This document shows, piece by piece, positions 59,077-64,000 of a DNA stretch of 64,000 nt. The translations under genes were made by a program, and so were the position numbers. Source of the stretch: Deltaproteobacteria bacterium (GTDB taxonomy: Bacteria > Myxococcota > Kuafuiibacteriia > Kuafuiibacteriales > Kuafuiibacteriaceae); NCBI GenBank assembly GCA_040218735.1, contig JAVJQW010000011.1, forward strand, positions 64,001 through 128,000, read 5' to 3'. Every line of letters starts with the position of its first letter. Within the stretch, counting starts at the first letter, position 1. Under the pieces are notes generated by a model, which had not been told where the DNA came from, searched no databases, and was given only the letters and a program-made list of their open reading frames with translations.

Positions 59077-61875
59077 TTACTCGAAGACGATGTACGCGAC
59101 CTGCTCGGTCGTGTGCCTTCGTTCGCTGCCGCCGATCGTGTCTTCGTCGAACGCGAGATCGATCCCCGTCGGCGACAGCGGGTTGGGACCGTAGAGCAGC
59201 GGCCAGCCGCCGTCGTTTCCGTCCATGCCCGCCGCCGACACGACCGCCACCGAAGCCGACGCGAGCCCGCTCAGCGCGTAGCCGTAAGGCGGGTTGTTGC
59301 CGAAGCCCTGAACCTGGTCCGCACCGACGTCCGCGACGTAGCCGTGTCCCTCGATCGCCCCCGCGCCCGCCTCGAGGACCACGTAGCCGACCGTCTCCAT
59401 CGCGCGCGACGTGAGGCTGTCCTCGGCGACGTGTTTGCCCACGAAGAGCGCGCTCGACAAAGGCGGCGAGCTGCGGTTGCTCCCGCGCGCCCAGAACACC
59501 GACCACAGGTTGTCGTTCGTGGTCATGACCTGCCCGAGCACGACGGGGTTCGCGTAGGCGTTCGACGTCGAGCGCGCTTCGCCGTTCCAGCTCCCGCGCG
59601 AGTCCGTCACCGTGGAGTCGTACCGCACCGCCTCCATCGTCACGCCGTCCTGCGCGGCGGTGTACACGCCCTCCTCCACCACGAAACACGCGATGCCGAC
59701 GCCCGACACCGGCGCGTCAGTGCCCGCCGCGTCGATCGCGGCGACTTCGAAGCTCGAGCCCGACGCGTTGCGGACACGCACGACGTTGGGGACCGTCGCG
59801 CCTTCGTAGCTCGGCGCGCACACCACGACCATCGACGTGTAGCTGGTGCCCAACGCAACCGTCGACCAGCCCGCGCCGCTCGTGAGCGACACCGTCGAGA
59901 GGTTCGGTCCCGCGGCGCAGATGTTCGCGCCCGAGCAGCTCCCCGCGCCGTCGCAGGTGTCGGGGGACGTGCAGCTGTCGCCGTCGTCGCACGAAGTGCC
60001 GGCGGCGAGCGGGCTCGCGACGCACTGCGCGCTCGGTTCGTCACAGATCCCCGCGTTGCACTGATCGTCGAGCCCGCTGCAGTCGACGGCGCTCCCCGCG
60101 ACGCACACACCGGCGTCGCAGATCTCCACGCCGTTGCAGAACAGGCCGTCGTCGCACTCGCCGTTCGTCGTGCACCCGCTCGTGCACGCATCGAACGTCT
60201 GGTTGGTGTTCGGCGCGCCGCGTGTCTCGGGCGCCGGTCCCTCCCACGTGAACGCCGCGGAGTCGCCGCCGGTGCCCGCGCGTTGGAGGGAGTCACCGAT
60301 CGGCGTGGTCGTGGGCTCGCTGACGCCGATGTCCACCGACGTCATGCCGTTCGCCGGCCCGGAGGTCGCGACGAGCGTCCCCTCGTAGCTAATGAAGTCG
60401 AGCACGGTGCCCTGCGCATCGACCAGCGCGAGCCCGTCCGGTGAGCCGTTCTGCATGGAGCCGAAGTCGAAGTCGAGCGTCCCGATGCAGCCGCCTTGGT
60501 CCACGACCGTCCCCGAGAGGCTCACCGTCGCGTAGGGCGCGCCGTTGCTGCCGTTGTAACCGACGACCGACCACCCAGTGAGGTCCGTCCCCGCCGCCGC
60601 GGCGACTTCGACGAACTCGCCGACATCGCCGCTCGCGTTGTCGTAGTGGAGCTCGTTGATCCACGCGCTCGCCCCCTGGCTCGCACCCGGCGTCGCGCTG
60701 ACGATGGTCCCCTGCGCCGACTCGTTCCCCGCGAGGTCGACCGCGGTCACGACGTACTCGTACGTCGTCCCGTTGCTCACGCCTCCGTCCGCGAACAGTG
60801 AGGTCGTGACAATCGATCCATTCAAACGAACGAACGCCCCACCGCCCGTACGACGGTACACGAAGTACCCGATGAGGCCGGGGTCCACGTGGTCGTTCCA
60901 ATCGAGCTCCACGAGCCCGTTCCCCGGCGCCGCCGCGAGGCCGCTGACGGTCGCGGGCGCCGTGGTGTCCCCGCACGTGTCGCTGAACGCGCAGGCGACC
61001 CACTCCGGGTGGTCGACGAACGGGTTGCGGTTGCCCTGGAAGCTGAACACCACGTCGTTGCGCGCGATCTCGCCGGCGTCCACCGGGTCCTCGATATGCC
61101 AGCGCAGCAGCTCCGAGCGAATGCCCATGTACGCGACGGACGCGTTGCTCCCGGTGATCGACGCGGAGATGAGCGCCTGGTCGTCGGTGAGGATCAGGTC
61201 CGGCTCGCTGTGTCCGGTCCCCCCGTGCGTCCCGCCTTCGTACCGAACGTCGAGGTACAGCACGGCCCGCGCGACGTCGCCGCGGCGCCCGATCCACGTC
61301 TCCCAGGTCCCGGTGTCGTTCGACCCCGAGCGCCAGTTGGAGTCCCCGGGATAGCCGCCCCCAACGCCGCCCCGCCCGTCGTTCGCGACGGTCACCTCTT
61401 CGGTGCACGTGGCGTCGCAGTACCGGTACGGCCGGTTGGCCCGCGCGCTGTTGTACGAGTCGTTCGAGAGGAACAACGCGTGGGTGTCCGAGTACGGATA
61501 GTTCGACTGGTTGTCGTTCGGGAACCCGAACGAAGACGGCCACGTGTGCTCCCGGTTGTAGTCGGAGTTCCCGCCCCCCGCCTTCGCGTAGGAGTCGTTC
61601 CGATACACGTCGAGGATCCGGTTCGCGTCGTTCGGATCCTCGTCCGCGAGCTCCAGGATGTCCCACGTATCGAGCGCCGTGCTCGTGAACGGGAACCGCT
61701 GATGGTCATCGATCGCGTCGTGCAGCGTCGCCCGCAACGCCGACGGCGACGAATCATCGACGAGGTCGTAATAGTTCGGCGTAATCGACGCGACCTCCTC
61801 CGCGGTCATCCGCTGCGGCCCAGGCGTGCAGGCGATCAGGAGGAGCGGCAGGGCGAACCCAAAGCGGTGCGGCAT
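59077..61875 (-). CDS. Extracellular endonuclease I/Bsn-type nuclease lipoprotein with Fn3, lamin-tail-like and Cys-rich modules
   Basis: Lipobox LLIAC; [41 protein letters not shown]; YEYVVTAVD (Fn3); WINELHYDN (LTD); CDDGLFCNG. Confidence 0.88.
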   Translation of the reverse strand: MPHRFGFALPLLLIACTPGPQRMTAEEVASITPNYYDLVDDSSPSALRATLHDAIDDHQRFPFTSTALDTWDILELADEDPNDANRILDVYRNDSYAKAGGGNSDYNREHTWPSSFGFPNDNQSNYPYSDTHALFLSNDSYNSARANRPYRYCDATCTEEVTVANDGRGGVGGGYPGDSNWRSGSNDTGTWETWIGRRGDVARAVLYLDVRYEGGTHGGTGHSEPDLILTDDQALISASITGSNASVAYMGIRSELLRWHIEDPVDAGEIARNDVVFSFQGNRNPFVDHPEWVACAFSDTCGDTTAPATVSGLAAAPGNGLVELDWNDHVDPGLIGYFVYRRTGGGAFVRLNGSIVTTSLFADGGVSNGTTYEYVVTAVDLAGNESAQGTIVSATPGASQGASAWINELHYDNASGDVGEFVEVAAAAGTDLTGWSVVGYNGSNGAPYATVSLSGTVVDQGGCIGTLDFDFGSMQNGSPDGLALVDAQGTVLDFISYEGTLVATSGPANGMTSVDIGVSEPTTTPIGDSLQRAGTGGDSAAFTWEGPAPETRGAPNTNQTFDACTSGCTTNGECDDGLFCNGVEICDAGVCVAGSAVDCSGLDDQCNAGICDEPSAQCVASPLAAGTSCDDGDSCTSPDTCDGAGSCSGANICAAGPNLSTVSLTSGAGWSTVALGTSYTSMVVVCAPSYEGATVPNVVRVRNASGSSFEVAAIDAAGTDAPVSGVGIACFVVEEGVYTAAQDGVTMEAVRYDSTVTDSRGSWNGEARSTSNAYANPVVLGQVMTTNDNLWSVFWARGSNRSSPPLSSALFVGKHVAEDSLTSRAMETVGYVVLEAGAGAIEGHGYVADVGADQVQGFGNNPPYGYALSGLASASVAVVSAAGMDGNDGGWPLLYGPNPLSPTGIDLAFDEDTIGGSERRHTTEQVAYIVFE

Positions 61876-62117
61876 CGCAGAGTACTACGCAAGAATTCGA
61901 AGAGCCTTCCTGGGCGAGGGGCGCGAGGGGCGAGGCGAAGCCGAGCCACGAGCCTACAAAGCCACCCAGAGCCAAGGACGAGCAAACGACCCCCTCGAAG
62001 AGGGGCTCGTTTGCGAGGCCAAGGCAGTCCGCTCATGCGGGACTCGACCGGAAGGTGAGCCAAAGGCGAACCGAACGTCCGAGCCCCCCTTTAGTAGTGG
62101 AGGGCGAAGCCCGGAGC

Positions 62118-62201
62118 TGCGAAAGGGGGGACTCGAACCCCCACGTCCATACAGACACAGAAACCTGAATCCTGCGCGTCTACCAGTTCCGCCACTTTCG
62201 C
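62118..62201 (-). tRNA. tRNA-Leu(CAG)
   Basis: Reverse complement GCGAAAGTGGCGGAACTGGTAGACGCGCAGGATTCAGGTTTCTG...GGGGGTTCGAGTCCCCCCTTTCGCA; long variable arm; CCA not encoded. Confidence 0.95.
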
Positions 62202-62237
62202 GAGGCGGCAAACGGGTACGTGTTCACCGCACCGTTG

Positions 62238-63176
62238 TCAAGCACGCACGACGAAGGCCCAGAGTTCTTCGGCGAGGCGTGCGGCGTGGTGACCAAGCGG
62301 GACGTCGACGTGGCTGCCGCCCGGGATCTGAACCAGGCGGCGCGGTCCGGCCTGACCGGGTCCGAGCAGCGGCCGCACGCTCTTGGGCGGGGCGAAGACG
62401 TCGTGCGTGCCGACGACGAGCGCGACCGGGAGCGGCGAGCGGCGCACGCAGTCGACGAGGTCGAGCCCGAGCAGCTCGGGGCGGCGCCGCACGGCCATCC
62501 GGGCGAGCTGGCGGGCGACGCGCGGGGACTCCGGATCGGCCGACGCGAGCGCACCGCGGAGCGCCGCGCGTTCGCCCGCGGACGGCGTCACGAGCGAAGT
62601 GAAGCGCTGCAACCCGCGCAGCCCGGGCGGGGCGCGGTCCTTGGTGAGCGGCCGGCTCACGAGCCGCAGGAAGTGATGCATCGGCACCCGACGACCACGC
62701 GCGGCCACCGGCGCGAGCAGCGCGGCGGCGCGCACCGCGGTCCGCGTGGCCCCGAGGATCGCCGGGGCGCAGTAGGTGACGAGCGAGGCGAGCAGCACGT
62801 CGCGGGTCAGGAGCGCGTACCCGAGCATCCCGCCCATGGAGTGGCCGCCGAGGTGCACGGGGCCGCCGGTGCGTTCGGCGACGGCGCGGATCAACGCTGG
62901 GAGGTCTTCGTCGAGGTGGTCGGCGAGGTCCCAGGGGCGCTCCGGTCGCTGAGAGCGCCCGTGGCCGCGCAGCTCGCCGTAGAAGACCCGCGCCCCGCAG
63001 CGGACGAAGGCGTCGGGCAGCGCGCCGAGCGCGAAGGTGTGGCGGTTCTGGGCGAAGCCGTGGACGAGGAGGACGCCGGGGCCGTCGCCGCCGACTTCGT
63101 GCAGCGCGAGGCGGACGCCATCGCGGGTCTGAACCGTGTGCTCCCGGGGGTGAACCTCGTGGGATCTGCGGTTCAC
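62238..63176 (-). CDS. Alpha/beta-fold hydrolase
   Basis: VLLVHGFAQN, ELRGHGRS, GHSMGG nucleophile elbow, GTHD, SHVD. Confidence 0.85.
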   Translation of the reverse strand: MNRRSHEVHPREHTVQTRDGVRLALHEVGGDGPGVLLVHGFAQNRHTFALGALPDAFVRCGARVFYGELRGHGRSQRPERPWDLADHLDEDLPALIRAVAERTGGPVHLGGHSMGGMLGYALLTRDVLLASLVTYCAPAILGATRTAVRAAALLAPVAARGRRVPMHHFLRLVSRPLTKDRAPPGLRGLQRFTSLVTPSAGERAALRGALASADPESPRVARQLARMAVRRRPELLGLDLVDCVRRSPLPVALVVGTHDVFAPPKSVRPLLGPGQAGPRRLVQIPGGSHVDVPLGHHAARLAEELWAFVVRA

Positions 63177-63196
63177 GACTGCGGGATTCAGGGGGA

Positions 63197-63270
63197 TGGT
63201 GAGGGGCGGACTTGAACCGCCGACCTAGGGCTTATGAGACCCCCGCTCTAACCGACTGAGCTACCCCACC
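63197..63270 (-). tRNA. tRNA-Met(CAT), probably elongator (Ile2 not excluded)
   Basis: Reverse complement GGTGGGGTAGCTCAGTCGGTTAGAGCGGGGGTCTCATAAGCCCTAGGTCGGCGGTTCAAGTCCGCCCCTCACCA; paired G1-C72, so not the initiator. Confidence 0.9.
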
Positions 63271-63318
63271 AAACCGGGGTGTGCGGATAGCACCAAGGAC
63301 GCGCGCAGGAAAGACTTT

Positions 63319-63609
63319 TTACTTCTTGAACAGCGCTTCGAGGCTGTTGAGCGCGGCGTCGCGATCCTCCTCCATCTCCGACTCACCTTCGCGCGGGATG
63401 AAGTAGGTGCAGAAGTTCGCCTTCTCCTTGTCCGGCTCCCAGACCGTGGTCGATTCCCGGCACTGGTTGTGGACGTTCGGATCGAAGAACTTGCAGTTCT
63501 TACACGAGTGCAGGTCCGCCCCGCAGTGCTCGCAGGAGTCGGCGCGTTTGACCTTGTCGATCAGCTCCGTGGCGCCGTTGCACTTCCAGCAGTAGAGGAC
63601 GCTGTCCAT
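63319..63609 (-). CDS. Small Cys-rich (probably Zn-binding) hypothetical protein
   Basis: CWKC, CEHCGADLHSCKNCKFFD, QCRE, ANFCTYF, ends LEALFKK. Start at ATG 63609. Confidence 0.75.
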   Translation of the reverse strand: MDSVLYCWKCNGATELIDKVKRADSCEHCGADLHSCKNCKFFDPNVHNQCRESTTVWEPDKEKANFCTYFIPREGESEMEEDRDAALNSLEALFKK

Positions 63610-63715
63610 GACGGGCCGAGCCTGAGCGCGGTCGGCGGCCGAGGCAAGTGTTTTCATGCATCGGCAATCCGGTGGACTGCCGATTCGCAGCGAAACCTGA
63701 TTGATTGGGCACTGG

Positions 63716-64000
63716 ATGCGAACGTCGATACTCCCCTTCGCCATCGCCCTGCTCGCCTTCTCCTGTAGCGGCGACGACGACGGCGACGAACCCGCGCGCC
63801 CCGCGTGCAAGTACCACAGCGACTGCGGCACCGGCGTGTGCTTCCAGCTCGAGTGCCACCCGACCGGCACGTGCTTCGACCGCGGCAACTGCCGCACGAT
63901 CCCCGTCTGCGCCGACGAGCAGTGCATCTGCGACACCGACGCGAACCGCTGCCTCCCGGTCTGTGAGACGGACAACGACTGCTCCGCCGAAGCGCACTGC
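63716..64000 (+). CDS. Cys-rich lipoprotein, 5' part (runs off the window)
   Basis: MRTSILPFAIALLAFSC lipobox followed by CxxxxDC repeats; no stop before 64000. Confidence 0.7.
   Translation, partial: MRTSILPFAIALLAFSCSGDDDGDEPARPACKYHSDCGTGVCFQLECHPTGTCFDRGNCRTIPVCADEQCICDTDANRCLPVCETDNDCSAEAHC

Noticed and set aside
62118-63270. tRNAs as integration sites of an island
   Set aside because: No integrase in the window, and I saw no duplicated tRNA 3' end or compositional shift.

Overview
GC-rich, gene-dense window that looks like a Myxococcota-type chromosome: five Ser/Thr kinases, an FHA-sigma54 activator, Cys-rich and PPC lipoproteins, DUF2330 and PEGA proteins, an Aer2-like chemoreceptor with CheW, and two tRNAs. 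I saw no phage, IS, integrase or CRISPR. The standout is a compact peptide-export locus at 5.7-15.6 kb: MauE/thioredoxin fusion, TolC, NHLP-type HlyD adaptor, C39 peptidase-ABC transporter, second ABC transporter, cNMP-binding protein, then a substrate gene. That substrate joins a double-glycine (NHLP-like) leader, a ~64-aa six-cysteine core and a C-terminal Peptidase_S74 self-cleaving trimerisation chaperone best known from phage tail spikes. No YcaO, lanthionine or radical SAM enzyme is present. Both transcription units carry a sigma54 -24/-12 box and a shared GTCAC-N11-TGACAC inverted repeat. All family calls come from motifs read by eye; no searches were run, so novelty is unverified.
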